Below, piece by piece: positions 1 through 12,952 of a stretch of 64,000 bases of DNA (position 1 is its first letter; the number at the start of each line of letters is the position of its first letter). A program made the translations under genes and the position numbers. The DNA comes from Paraphysomonas bandaiensis (lineage: Eukaryota; Protista; Chrysophyceae). The stretch is taken from contig CBFFRP010000064.1 of assembly GCA_965644295.1 (NCBI GenBank), forward strand, positions 124,001 through 188,000, written 5' to 3'. Under the pieces are notes generated by a model. That model was not told where the DNA came from, did no database searches, and saw only the letters and a program-made list of their open reading frames with translations.

Positions 1-758
1 TGGAGAAGTAATACAACTTATGTATGTGGCTATAAGAAACCCGGGATGTTGAGTTTTGCTGTTTGTCAGCGATTAAAAACTGGAGCTCTAAGGTATAATA
101 CAGTTTCGATTAACAGTATTACTTGAACTAATATAATGATATGATTTATATATTTATATAGTGGAGATAAAATGTATTGACTGTATACGATCCCGTCTAT
201 CCAAGATTGGTAGTTGATAGAATAGAATTGTAGCAAGTAGCAATGAGTAATGAATAATGAGTGATGATGATTATAATTTTACAAATTGATTACTGCGTGG
301 GTTCGATTTAGAAATCTTCGTAAGTAAGGGGTATATCGACTACAGGTGTGATGTGCAGAATCTGTGTGTCTAGTTTTCACTATTGTTAGTTAAAAGAATA
401 CACATGTTCAATGCGAAGGATGGAGAATATATCAATAAATTGCTGATATTATATATATATGAAATCCAAATTGTCACTATCTACTCTGTATGATATTGTG
501 GATGATAATATTTAAAAAAAAAAACTGTACTCTACAGCGACACCCACAGCCAGTCAACAACTGGAAAATATGAAACAAAAGGAGATATGAAATATGTTCG
601 CTTATAAACCTCTCAGTAGCTATTTTCATCGTTCTGATATTGTTCCGTTTTCGTACTTCACTTAAAAATGCATGCAGGTTTCCAAATCATACAACGGTAT
701 ATACATTTTAAAGCGGTTTAAAATAAGGTTACCATTCTACTTAGTCCCTTGTCCGTTT

Positions 759-1617
759 CTATTTCAAAACGCGCTCCCGCAAGCTCTTGCGGATATGAGA
801 ATTGGACACACCGGCTATACCATACGCCCCCATTACTCTTATCATTCTCATTGCAGTCGACTCAAAGTATATATTTTTGAGTTGGGTTGCTCGCGATAGC
901 CAAGTCACCTTGGTGCGGTTGTAAAAGTCAAGTGCAAGAAGATGTACAGGAGTTAGGCACATCTGCGCAAATACTGGCACTGTTATTTGACAGATGCTTT
1001 CAGCGAGGTGAGGTTCTTTAACGGCTTTGGACTGGACTAAATAGTCAGCAGCCATGGATGGAAAGTTAAATGCAGCCCCAATGGTAAGTATATCTCGAGC
1101 AAAAAATAGACCCCACGAGGCCAGAGGCAGTTTCGGTGCCTTTTTCTTACTATAAACTTGTGCAAAATATCGATCTTTAGTGATTCCTAGGGCCATATTT
1201 ACCGCAGTAGTTCCGGCCAGTTTCGGGTAAAAACTATCTTGTTGGTTCAACTCACAATAGGTAAGAATGGTGTTTGCAGCAGAGTATGTACCTCCGTATA
1301 CGATGCACACTGCCAAAAAGGTAGGATGCGACATGAATTTAACGGGCGACAAAATGAATGTTTTAAAATTGCTAAATGCTGTATGAAAAATGTTCACTCT
1401 ATTGAATGCGGCCTAAAAAAGGTTAACATATATCACTGTAGTATGTATCGTATCGTACCTTTTGTGTGACAGTTTGATCGACAATTTTAATGAATGGCGC
1501 AACAAGAAAAGCAGAGGTACATGCAGATACAACATCCGCTAGATAGAGTTTTATCTTCCTATCATCAAATGTTGTGCCTGGTATGGGAAAAAGAACTGTA
1601 CTTTCACTTCTTGCCAT
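759..1617 (-). CDS. Membrane protein of the SPBC365.16-like / mitochondrial-carrier-related family, 2 exons
   Basis: Exon 1 (1617-1459) and exon 2 (1412-759) join in frame across a 46-nt GT-AG intron (1458-1413). Motifs ADVVSAC..FLVAPFI.IVD, YGGTYSAANT, KDRYFA, LFFARDILTI, TPVHLLALDFYNR and several hydrophobic segments recall this family from memory. Confidence 0.7.
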
Positions 1618-2991
1618 GATGGTATGTTCACTTGATGGTTATCCTTATAGTGTGACACGTTCCTTATAGGAGATACAAACAACCACTTCTAAGCACTTAA
1701 TATGACTGTATATTGCATATATATTGCATAATATCATGAATTATTATACAGATTGATTCTTATTCTCTGTTCTAGTTGAATGAGAAGCCATATGTCATCA
1801 TGTACATGAACTGCACGAATTATTCACTCACCACAAGAGGTTATACAGAATATTATATGAGGATTCCAACTGCCCATTTGCATACATATACATACATATA
1901 TATACATACACGTTGCTCCGACGTGGATTTTTTTCCCTCTGGACAAACCATGTCCACTAAATATTATACACTTGTATTTTGATGTATTCTGGATTGGTGT
2001 ACGTGTGAGTGAGGTCATATATATGGGGTGATACAGGTACTATGAGACTAATAGGTGAGTACAAGGGATTGGGGTACACAGTGCTGAGGGTTATATAAGT
2101 AATTCAATATACAAATACATGCTCTAATTAGGGTACGTACTGCTATACTGCAGCTAGGAATTCCAATTAATATACAAATACACATTTGTGGATACTCTGG
2201 AGTACGTACAGTACTTTGCTGGGGGACAGCAACATACAAATACATTCTACGTACTACTCGGCACAAATATAACTGCTGTACATATTGGGGTTTTCGCTGA
2301 TTTCAAATACTGAAAATACAGATATTTTTATTAGAAAATTCTGCAGCTGTGGGGTAGTTTAGGGGTTTCTGACTACTCTTTTCCCACAAAACTTGGGTTT
2401 TCACTCCACAATGACCTTAAAAACTTATCAATACAACAATAACTAAACAGCAAGAAAACACTTATATAATATATCAAGTAGGAAAGAGAAGGGAAGCTAT
2501 CGACTCTATTTCCTGAGCAGGGCAGTACAATGGAAGTATCGATAGGATATTATGAAACCACAACTTGTAGTAACAATCCTCCTTATATCTCTACATACAA
2601 ATTACTGTAGAAACTGCTGTATATGATATTCGCCATATTTAATACTTTCCAGAAACCGGGGATTTTCTGAAGCCAATCATATTTAAGAATTGTATACTCT
2701 GATGATATGATTTGACTAAAAGAAGTTATGGTGTTTCTAAATTAACTAGTTTTTTTGTACTAAAAACCACAGCCTCACATGAAAATAGTGGATTTTTATG
2801 TCATGTATATTTGACGAGAAGAATTCTACATGAATATTATCTGTATGTATGTTTGTATGTAGACAGCAGGAGTGTGTAGGTCGGTATGTATGTATGCCTA
2901 TGTATGTATGTACGTATGGAACATTCATATGAATAGTACACAACATTCTATACATTAAAACCCCACTCTGCATATATTAACCACAATATCT

Positions 2992-4596
2992 ATGACACGA
3001 GTAGAACTCCTTGTTTACGATCTATCAAACGGTATGGCTGCCTCAATGAGTGAGGCTATATTAGGCCAGAGAATAGACGGCATATGGCATACAGGCGTAT
3101 TAGTATTCAATCGAGAATATTTCTTTGGTGGAGGCATACAATCTCTTCCAGCTGGAATGTTTGTTGCAATGAATGGTATCCGTCCATGTCAGACTCTTCT
3201 GATTGGAGAGACAGATAAAAGTCAACAGGATTTAGAGGCGTATCTTCAGTCTATTAATCACTTATACACACAAGAGACATATGATCTTATTAATCATAAC
3301 TGTAATAACTTCTCTGATACTGTGGTTCGGTTTCTAACTGGAACTGGAATACCATCTCATATTATTGATCTACCACAGCGTGTGTTTTCTACTCCTGGAG
3401 GGGCCCTTTTACGTCCAATGATAGAGGGGATGCAAAACAATATCAGGCAACAGTCTGGAATTCCTTCTGGTGGGGCTATTCCAGGAGGTACTTTAGACCC
3501 ATTTGCGAGAAGTGCTGTACCACCAGCCTTCAGAGAGACAGTGTCAACCCAGTCTGTCTCTTCGAACGCTATTTCCAGCAGCAATGTGACATCAACCGGT
3601 GCAGGTGGTGGGGCAACTCAAACTGCTGTTCCTGCATTTATTGCACAGGAGAAACCTCTGGCGTCTGCTGATCGGAATGAGCGCACTACTCGGGCACAGC
3701 TCTCTCGTATATTATCATCTGAGGAGGTCGTCATATCAACCGAGGAACGAGAGGATATCGAACGGGCTGTAGATATATTATTATCCCCAGATACTCAGCT
3801 AAAAGACACCATTTTCCCGAACAAAGCTTTCTGCACGCTCTGTCGCATTATGACTACAGTACCTAGCTTACAAGTTTCTTGCTTATTTGTTATCCGCCTG
3901 ATGGCACTCTGTAGTCAGGGTATAGATGCCACCGATGTGCGCCCTCGCATGCGTGCCATACTTTTATCTGTGTGCTCTGTTGCAGGAGTGGCTAATTGCG
4001 ATACAGTTCCCGCCCCACGAAGCACTCCTGCTATTGTTCTTGCTTTTTGCGCCGTAGCAAACTTCCTTTGTCACCGTGAGGGCTGTGTCGTTCTTTTCCA
4101 GGGTGAGGAGGGGGAGGCGACGGTGGGGATGTGCGTCGACGCGGCCATGTGGGGTGTATGCCATGAAAAGGCCGAAGTGCGACAGATCAGCTCAGCTTTA
4201 GCTTACAACTTGACCTTAGCCAGTACTCACTGGAGACAGGCAACTGCTGGTACTGCGTTACGGTGGCGTGGTATTCACGTTGAGAGCACTCTTGGCCCTG
4301 GAGATGATGATGTCCAGGTCGATGGTGATCTTCACCCACATCTGGTTCAGCTTTTATGCGGTACCATGGAAAGTCTGAGTGATGAGAGTGACCAAGTGTC
4401 TCTAAGGAGGCGTATGCTAACCGCATACCGGGCATGTCGTGCTGGTGGTGATCAAGCGAAGGAACTTTCAATTGCTCTAGGGTTTGATTCTGTTATTTGT
4501 GATATGAGAACGACATCAGACAAAAAACTGCATGACGATGATATTCACTTATGCACATTGTTGGAAAGTTTCATTAGTGGTCAGCAGAGTAGCTGA
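2992..4596 (+). CDS. PPPDE/DeSI deSUMOylating isopeptidase with a C-terminal PUL (ARM-like) domain
   Basis: Intronless 534-aa ORF. Shows VELLVYDLS.G, GIWHTG (catalytic His), EYFFGGGI, YDLINHNCNNF (catalytic Cys) and IPSHIIDLP. The helical C-terminal half has EVRQISSALAYNL and RRMLTA, typical of PUL. Confidence 0.9.
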   Translation: MTRVELLVYDLSNGMAASMSEAILGQRIDGIWHTGVLVFNREYFFGGGIQSLPAGMFVAMNGIRPCQTLLIGETDKSQQDLEAYLQSINHLYTQETYDLINHNCNNFSDTVVRFLTGTGIPSHIIDLPQRVFSTPGGALLRPMIEGMQNNIRQQSGIPSGGAIPGGTLDPFARSAVPPAFRETVSTQSVSSNAISSSNVTSTGAGGGATQTAVPAFIAQEKPLASADRNERTTRAQLSRILSSEEVVISTEEREDIERAVDILLSPDTQLKDTIFPNKAFCTLCRIMTTVPSLQVSCLFVIRLMALCSQGIDATDVRPRMRAILLSVCSVAGVANCDTVPAPRSTPAIVLAFCAVANFLCHREGCVVLFQGEEGEATVGMCVDAAMWGVCHEKAEVRQISSALAYNLTLASTHWRQATAGTALRWRGIHVESTLGPGDDDVQVDGDLHPHLVQLLCGTMESLSDESDQVSLRRRMLTAYRACRAGGDQAKELSIALGFDSVICDMRTTSDKKLHDDDIHLCTLLESFISGQQSS

Positions 4597-4949
4597 TGGA
4601 GGAGAATGATAGAGAATGCACCTTCGTTTGAAACATTAATTTTTATATATTTTGCAAGCACGCTCACTGTAAACTAGATAAATTTGCAAGGCAATTGTAT
4701 CTTAATAACAAAATTGCTTTTTAGTATTTTCGTAAATAACTGGTACTACATGATTTTATTATTAATCAAGAACATCCGCCACATTCAAGTAAGATTACGT
4801 TAGTGTGCATGTGACGTAATCACATTACATTGAACCAATGAATTTATATTATGCTATGCAAGCACTGGTCATTACATATTACATTATAGAATAGTATATA
4901 ATATTTGTTGTAGTGTTAACACTTCAATGTTTTTACCGCTACTGATCAA

Positions 4950-5370
4950 GAAAATTGTGTCCCAAGGAGTTCGATTGTGTTGTAAAGTCCAAAGTGGCGT
5001 ACAATACCACACAAGCAGTCGGCTATGAGTGGGCAGAACAACATCTGCTGTCTAGGTTTGCGGCTCACGTTAGTTTCCCAGAGAGAATCTCTCCGGTACT
5101 TATCCCCCAGAACACCACGAAAAGGTGCGAGTCCGACTTTATTGAGGGAATGGTTGGTGTAGTAGAGATAAAAAGAGTTGGTGAATGTCAATGAATGAAG
5201 AATGGTAACTCTTATGGGATGTATTTTTCGACCTAGTCAAATTGGGGAATTACCTAGTCAAATTACTAATAAGTATATGTCAATTTCTAACACGTTTCCC
5301 GGAGAAATATCTCCGGTATTTATCCCCCTGAACACCATGAAAAGGTGTGAGTCCGAAGCTGTTTAGGGTG
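4950..5370. repeat. Fragments of dispersed repeat family A, with an internal direct duplication interrupted by ACCTAGTCA repeats
   Basis: TCTCCGGTAyTTATCCCCCwGAACACCAyGAAAAGGTGyGAGTCCGA occurs twice (about 5089-5136 and 5311-5356). GGTGCGAGTCCGA at 5124-5136 is the reverse complement of 31199-31211 and 59692-59704. GGCTATGAGTrGGCAGAACAA at about 5021 matches about 23054. Confidence 0.8.
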
Positions 5371-5694
5371 CATCTATTATATCATGTCAATAGCATGTAG
5401 ACATCAATCAATATAATATAATGAATCTTGATATTTTGCTTTTGTGACAGCGCATCATTGTATTACTGCATACACAGATGATAAAGCAATCTAGAACTAA
5501 AGAATGATGTTGCTATAAAAGTAGCGGAAAGAAAACGCAGAGCAGTAATGCCTTTCGATATTACGAACTTACGAAACAATAAATCTTGATTACACAGTAG
5601 ACTATCAGTAGGTAAAACTGATTAAACAATTTAAGTTCATATGGTTTCACAAATCCGAGCTTCAACTAAAACTAATATGACACCTGTGAGCAGT

Positions 5695-8005
5695 CTAACT
5701 TTCACGAGATTTCTTCGATGCAGGGGAGGTGCAGTCAGCGTCAGATTTCTCTGCAGTCGATGCGGGCTGCAACGGCGGACGACCAGCACGTCGCTTTGGA
5801 CCCCATCCAGCCTCTGCAAAAAATAATCACGATACTCCTAAAAATTTACATCTACACACCGGGATTGGGAGGGAATCGTAATGCCTTTTTACGGTCCTTC
5901 AGCGACTGCGAGGCATCACTTAACAAGTAGTTATTTTAAATAGGTTGATATACCTCGTGAATGGTGAAGTTTGCTTCCATACTTGGGGCCTATATCATCC
6001 ACATCAGAAGTGCAGGGTGGCAGACACTATGAGTACCTTAGCAAGAATCTTTTTGGAAGACTCATGTTGCTGCTTCTTTTTGCTAGGGGGGTCAGATGGG
6101 TACCTGTGCATATGATTAGTGTAGTGTGATCACTACAAACGGTACTCACTGTATGCCGTACGATTTCACGATATCCCACACTACTGAGTTTGGAGCATCT
6201 GTTTTGATGGCCAGAGGCTCTTTGTGAAAATTGGACACCCGGTAACCTGTTCACCCATTCTTCAGTACGTGCTAACTGTGTATACTGATGCCAACACTTA
6301 CCCGCATGTAAGAGCGCAGACTTGAACTCAAGCATGGGTACAGTGCGCTGGTTAACGGCAGCACAAAGGGACTGCGCATGCCATCAGAAGAAATAACATA
6401 CAATATATAGGACATACCGCAAGGGAGTAAAAAAAGGGTACATCTGGGAGTTCTTCAGACACCGCCCTAAAGACCATAAACATTATAAACCAGCTACATC
6501 ATACAGCTAGACAATTAACACACGTCAAGAGTCCCGATAGTCGAGGAGCGGTGGGAATAGGGTAAGGCGCGTCCCCTTCCTCAACCCTTCGCAATAGCTC
6601 TTTAACAACCTCCTGGTTGTGAATCGGGGCAGTCCAGAATGGCCCACCAATTTTGAGTCTCCCTCCAGTCTCCTCGCATACTCGTGGCACCGACAAAGAA
6701 GCGTTACAGTAAGACACATTGTGATCCTTCTTGGCTTTTTGGGTAGTACGGGAATCAATCTCTGCCATCGGCTGGATATAAAACGTAGGGCATTGGGTGG
6801 ACTGATAAATATGGCCACGGCGAGTGCAACTGTTCTTAACTTCGGCAGGAGATTGATACACGCGAACAAAGAGGCGCACGTAGAAATCAACAGCCACTAA
6901 GATAAGTGATTACACAAACTCCCGTACGCACAGATATTCACCTGACACCCATGGTACAACGTAGCGCTTATAACGGTTGGCAGCTGAGTCAATGGAGTGC
7001 AGAAGGATCCTCAAAGCCATTTCAGCATGATAGCTGCATAGATTAGAGTGAGAAACACGATACAGAGAGTTCTTCACAGAATACACCTGCCCTTAAGAGA
7101 GATACTTCCATATTTGGCGTAGCACGTCTCGGGATAGTTCCCAGAGAGCACTGGCATGTCTGTAAAAGAATCCGTCAGGACAGAAAAAAGATAAACTTTT
7201 CACACACCAGTGCACGTTACGCAGAGGAGACCTCCATCTGCTACAGCTTGTACGGCGGCGTCAAGAAAAGGTGAGGCCTATACCACGGCACAGTAACACA
7301 AGAGAAACAAGAATAAAATTGAACATACTGTGCCATACGGATCGAGATCGATGACATCGAACTGCTTTGCGGGTTCCATATGTTGGTACATAAACATGAT
7401 GGCATCTCCAGTGTTAATAGTTACTCTATCAATACATAATTCCATAAAAGCGGTTCAACTATGCTGAGCACTCACCTGTCCGGAGAAACACCATTGCGCT
7501 GCACATTCTCAGCTGCAGCAGAGGTAGCAGCCGGCAACAGGTCATTAATTATCACTTGAGACACGCCTAATGCAAAAAAATAATGCATATGCCTCTCCCT
7601 CTATGGATAAACTAACCTGGGATCTCTTTCAAGTATCTGACAGACCTGAGACCTGTTGCAGCAAGTGCATCTAGTATAGTAATGCCAGGCTCAGTAGTAG
7701 AACTCGTATTACGAGCTTTCTTATCTTGATTTCTTTGTTCAGCAAACAATCTTATCACCTATCGAGTCCATATACAGTAACACATCTCCATATATATATA
7801 ACTCTATGCACTGTGACCTGTATGGAGAGGTCCCTATTAAGAACCTGTTTATAAATGTAACGGTATGTAACTGTACATGGAGCGGTATACAGACCTGTAC
7901 TTTATTATAGAATACAGCCTCGTTACATGCATAGAGCATGGAGGCTTGCCCCTCTATAATCCTCTCGTATCCCTCAGGGACTGGGTTGTGATCATCCATT
8001 GACAT
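5695..8005 (-). CDS. TRM1: tRNA (guanine26-N2,N2)-dimethyltransferase, about 16 exons
   Basis: Manual splicing over 15 GT-AG introns gives one continuous frame: [115 protein letters not shown]. Stop TAG at 5697-5695. Confidence 0.95.
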
Positions 8006-8304
8006 GATTGCAGTCTGATGATATGATAGATGGCGATATGGGAAGGTATTTTTTATATGTATAGTAATTGGCCGTATCAGACGGTTAATATGCATATACG
8101 ATGATGGAATGAAGTGCCTATCAATCTATAGGAGGATTGATGTATGTATGTATATATGCAAGTGAAGTTTGTCCATTAATTAACAGCATACAGTATGACT
8201 GTCCATTCCATTGCATACATTTTCCTGGTTTTGAGAGAGAAAATCATGGTTTTTACTGTAGATATTCAATTAATCCTGGGTTTTAATATATAAAAACTGG
8301 AGTA

Positions 8305-8660
8305 TATGTACAGCAGGTGTGGAATATACACACAGCAGTACAGGACTGGTACAGTGTACAGGGCAGTGTATACTATATGCAGTGGTGGTGTACAGGGCAA
8401 GTGTATAGGTATGTATACACAACCGTATATAGAGGGGTGTACAAGGCAGTGTACAGGGCAGTGTATAGGTGTATACACAGCAGTAAATAGAGGGGTGTAG
8501 AGAGGTATGTGTAGGTATATGTAGGTATGTATACACAGCGGGTGGGCAGTGTATACCTGGTATAGGGTAGTGTACAGGTAGCATAGGGGTGTATGGGTAC
8601 TGTATGTAGAGGTGGTATACACAGCAGTATATGGTCATGTCTATAGAGAATATACAGTGC
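8305..8660. repeat. Degenerate minisatellite (GTGTACAGGGCAGTGTATA-like units) in the TRM1/subtilase divergent spacer
   Basis: Repeated gtgtacagggcagtgtata and tatacacagcagta variants; it explains several spurious ORFs. Confidence 0.75.
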
Positions 8661-8736
8661 AGCAGTGGACTCAACCAGCAAAGATGCCCATCTAAAGTAC
8701 CTCACCGCATATACACACCATACCACACCTCACACA

Positions 8737-11700
8737 ATGTTTCTTCCACTTCTATTCACCTTCACATGGTATCACTCACTCATCCCACTCATTCATGCTC
8801 ATGGAATCATCGAGAAAGTCTACAATCAAGCATTATTTCAAGCTCATGGAATCAACTCTTACAATATAAATAACTGGCACTACAAGCCCTCCTCTTCATC
8901 CCCAATCCCATCAAATCAACCCACTATCATTCTTGGATGTGGTCCATCTGTATCATATACCCAAAAACGAAATCAGTTACTGTCTGTTGCGAAATTTGTG
9001 GACGTGGCAACTGTTCGATTTGAACAAGAAGAAACATGCCTCATTGCTCACATGCTGTCATCTGATATCACACAATTTGAAGAGTAAGAACCACTGTATT
9101 ATTTATTTTGTATTATGATGTATATATTGTATAGTTCAGAGTGGACGTTTGAAAACTTGCCTCCTGTATTGAAGATTCATCAAAACGTGATTAATCATAT
9201 ATCTTATCGCGCTAATTTTGTAGAAGGCATAAACTCTGAGCGCACAATATCTGAGCCAGACGCTGTGCCTTTTCACAATGCTACGGTTTCATTGCATGCT
9301 CCTGAGAGCAAGTCCCTGACTGTCCAGTTCATTCCTGGGGACGTGCAATCTGTGGAGACTACCACAGCGCGAGTGATTGCATCCTGGGAGGATAGAACAG
9401 CGGCGACATTACAAAATTCAATGCACGGCGGTGTATGGACGAAGCTAGGTACACACATGCGGTCTCGATTTCATACAGATTTAGAGCAGAGTAGTGCAAG
9501 AAGGTGCAGAGTACCTGCATCGACTATCTTTGAGTTTGAAGACACCGCAGCCCGACTTGTGGACTTAAGTGGTTGGAGTACAAAAGAGAGTAATCTCGAA
9601 TGCCTACAACTTCTTGTGGATGCCTTTGCGATGCATCCCGATGTTGTGTCTGTGTCTGTACAGGGTCGCCCAGTACTCCTCAATTATGATGCTCGAGGTG
9701 TCACCCAGAGCGGTATCTCGACCTCAACCCCATTCACAGACGCCGGTATCATTGGTGAGGGTCACATAGTGGGGGTTTCCGATAGTGGGTTAGATGATTA
9801 TTCTTGCTTCTTCTGGGATAACTCTGAATACTATGGCTCTGCTTCTACTACACGAAGCAAATATAACAACCCGTCAGTGGAGCGGCATAGGAGGAAAGTT
9901 GTTCAATATGTAGCCTATGCAGATGGATATGACGGAGAGGCTGGGCATGGCACACATGTGGTGGGAACCATATGTGGTGATTCTATATTTGGAGGTTTTA
10001 GCAAGGCTAATGGAGTGGCACCTGGTGCAAAGGTTGCTTTCTACGATGTTATGGGATCGAATTCTGTCTACCTCTCTATCCCTGATCTCTATACCTACCT
10101 CTTTCGCACTCTCTACAACGCTGGCGCTCGGGTAATGAGTAACAGTTGGGGGTCCTATTCTGGGCAGAGCGAGTATGATGAACGAAGTTATGATGCTGAC
10201 TACTTTCTATATACATACCCAGATGCTCTTATTATATTTGCTGCTGGCAATTCCGGGTCGCAAGGTACCAAGACTGTGTATTCTCCTTGCACGAGGTAAA
10301 GATCTACTGTTGACTATATTTTGACTTACATTTGACCAGTAAAAATGTTCTTTGTGTGGGATCTGTCGACTTGAGGAATGACGATGATGACGAAGTTGTG
10401 GCTTCTAGTGAGAGTAGAGTATCATTTTTCAGCAGCATGGGACCGACTTATGACGGTCGCATCAAGCCGGAGATAGTTTCTACCGGCAACAAGATCGTGT
10501 CCGCCATGTCTTCTGGGTGGCAGTCTGAAGAGAAATCTTGCGGGGTATACGAGACTTTTGGTGGGTTAGATATGCAGTGCAGTAGTAGTAGTAATATTTT
10601 TCCCATGTTACAGGTACGTCGATGGCAGCTCCCACAGTGGCCGGCAATGCAATCCTACTGCGTGAGTATTTCGAAAACAAGTATATGTACGTCTGCAGGT
10701 CAGATTATGCCTACTGCAGATCTTTTACCCCCACAGGTAAGTTTTGAGAATATGCTGTTGATCATCTGAATCTGCTACTCATATATCAGGTTACCTTCTG
10801 AAGGCGATGTTGATTCACTGCACGGACGCAGTCAACAGGTGATTTTTATCTATCAATCAGTGTACCAGTAACTAAATACACGCAGCTATTCAGAAACCGC
10901 TTTTAATAGTAAGACACAGTTGTCGAGCTACACTTTACAAAGTCCTCCAGATAATGTACAGGGCTATGGTGCCCTTAATCTTGCCGATGTGCCCTTGACC
11001 ACTTCGCAGAGAAAGAAATACGACCTCTACGTGCGTGATGAGTTCTCATATTCACCGAATTCAGAGTATGTGGTAGAAGTGTACGTCAGTCGCAGCAACA
11101 AGCCGCTTAAAATTACCCTGGTTGTTTTCTGTCATCTTCATCATTATCACATAATGCTATTTTGTAGGCGTGGTATGATCGACCGTCGACTATTGGAAAT
11201 TCGTACAATCTTTTACAAGCGGACTTGACGCTCTTTGTCTCGCACTCGTCGAGTAAGAACTCTTGGTACGGAAACCGTGGAACATCCTCATATCGAGACA
11301 GCGTAAATCCTCAGGAACAAGTCACGATTACTAAGCCAGGTACGACAGTAAGAAGATTCCATTCTAACTAATTCGATGCAGCTACCGGCGTCTACAAGGT
11401 GTATGTGACTAGCAGGAGCAGTTCCGTTAAAGTTAAAGGTGCCCTGGTCATATCTTGCAATGGGTACGTGCCACCTCTTATATTAGCACGGTTATTGAGT
11501 TTGATCACAGCAATATTGTGTCTGAACCCACTTCCACCACTACGACTGTGACCGGAGAAGTTAATAATAATAACGCCCTGATGAAGACGCCACCCAATTC
11601 GACTGATGAGTATGTGGTTTCGACTTTACGAGGGAGCAGCAGCGAGAGTGCACCAGCTGATGATACACGAGTGCTGTCGACGCAATCGGGAGGCGCAGTG

Positions 11701-12952
11701 AGGTAGTGTGTGTAATTCTTATTTATATTTGACTTTCGTTTCTGCTATAGTTCATCGGGTGGATACTCTATAGTTCAGTCCTTTAGTATCAACACAATTC
11801 TGTCGCCTCAGACTGAAGTGTGTACTCACCGCTTCAGTACTTCTTCGTCACGCGACGTGCTTCATTCTATCACTCTTGATCTTGATGCAACCTACCTGGG
11901 TGGAAGTGCTGCGTTTATACTGGGAGTCAACCTGTACGCCCCCAGTGGCGAAACTGTCCAAGTCGGTGGCTACTATAACTACAAGGCATCGGATCGACTC
12001 TGGAACAGGTGAAAGAAACTATTCTGCGAAGAAATTTGCCTGAATTGGTGTAGGATGTGGCCTGTGCAATGGGCAGGAGCTACCGCCCCGGTTGATGGGA
12101 GTTCGCAGTGGATCTCCACAAGGTTTACCACCAGTACTCGATTATGTTATGTGATATATGTACAGAAACCTAATTGACGCAGAACTAAGGGAGGTAGGAG
12201 AGTGGAAGCTATGCCTGGAAATGTTGTACGACTCGTGGGAGACCACTCAGTACAGCGGTTCTGTTACTCTTAGGTTCATGTGAGTTGTTTTTCAATATTG
12301 AAACATTTGTAATATCGATGTAGTGATATCGGAAGTTTGAGCTCCTCTTCGAAGTCGAAAGTGAGTACATTACTAAGCTGCTCTCACTACTTGTAACAGT
12401 CTATTGTAGAGCACAGAGAACTCTGGAAGTATTAGTGACACGGCACTCGTTTTAATAGTATTCTTTCTGGCACTGGGTGCCTCATTAGTAGTCGGTCTTG
12501 AAATCAGGTAATTTTGCATTACACCCGTGCTATGTAAATAACATATTACATGAAGAAAACGAGTGGAAATCGTTGATGCTGTTAACCGTTTAAAGAGACG
12601 GAGGCAGCGGGGAAAAGCTACTGTATCCAGACGGAGTAAACAGAATGCTGGAAGTGATGGTGAAGGTGTGAGTCTTAACCAGGTGAGTGTGATCACTGCT
12701 TACTGCACCACTACGTAGTCGTAAATCGTATTTACACTGTATAATGCGAAACAGGCTCCCGCTTCCTCTGACCAACCCGTCGAGGAAATTAATGCGCCTG
12801 AAGTCACTAATGAAGACGCTAACGCTTCAGAGAAAGAAGATATGGCAATGGGTGGTACTGAAGAGAAAGAACGGAGAAAATCGCCTGTTAGAGGTGGAGG
12901 TATGCTTGCAAGTATGACTACACTACGACAACCACGATACCATCAAATATGA
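8737..12952 (+). CDS. Subtilisin-like S8 serine protease (KP-43/Tag-type catalytic domain), type I membrane protein, about 16 exons
   Basis: Signal-like N-terminus MFLPLLFTFTW. Catalytic motifs VGVSDSGLD, GHGTHVVGT, FAAGNSG and, after splicing out 10561-10613, GTSMAAPTVAG. Also SNSWG, GPTYDGRIKPEI, LLKAMLIH, QGYG, KITLAWYD. Transmembrane segment ALVLIVFFLALGASLVVGL near 12440-12500. Stop TGA at 12950-12952. Confidence 0.9.

Noticed and set aside
1-300. Possible terminal exon(s) of a gene (plus-strand WRSNTTY..GDKMY-stop, or a minus-strand frame)
   Set aside because: Both readings are short and unrecognisable. The composition looks more like the upstream region of a minus-strand gene outside the window.
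295-315. GGTTCGA T-loop-like motif
   Set aside because: No cloverleaf or A-box nearby; no tRNA is supported anywhere in the window.
8266-8726. Several 64-134 aa Tyr/Thr/His-rich ORFs
   Set aside because: They are translations of a low-complexity satellite that lacks stop codons.
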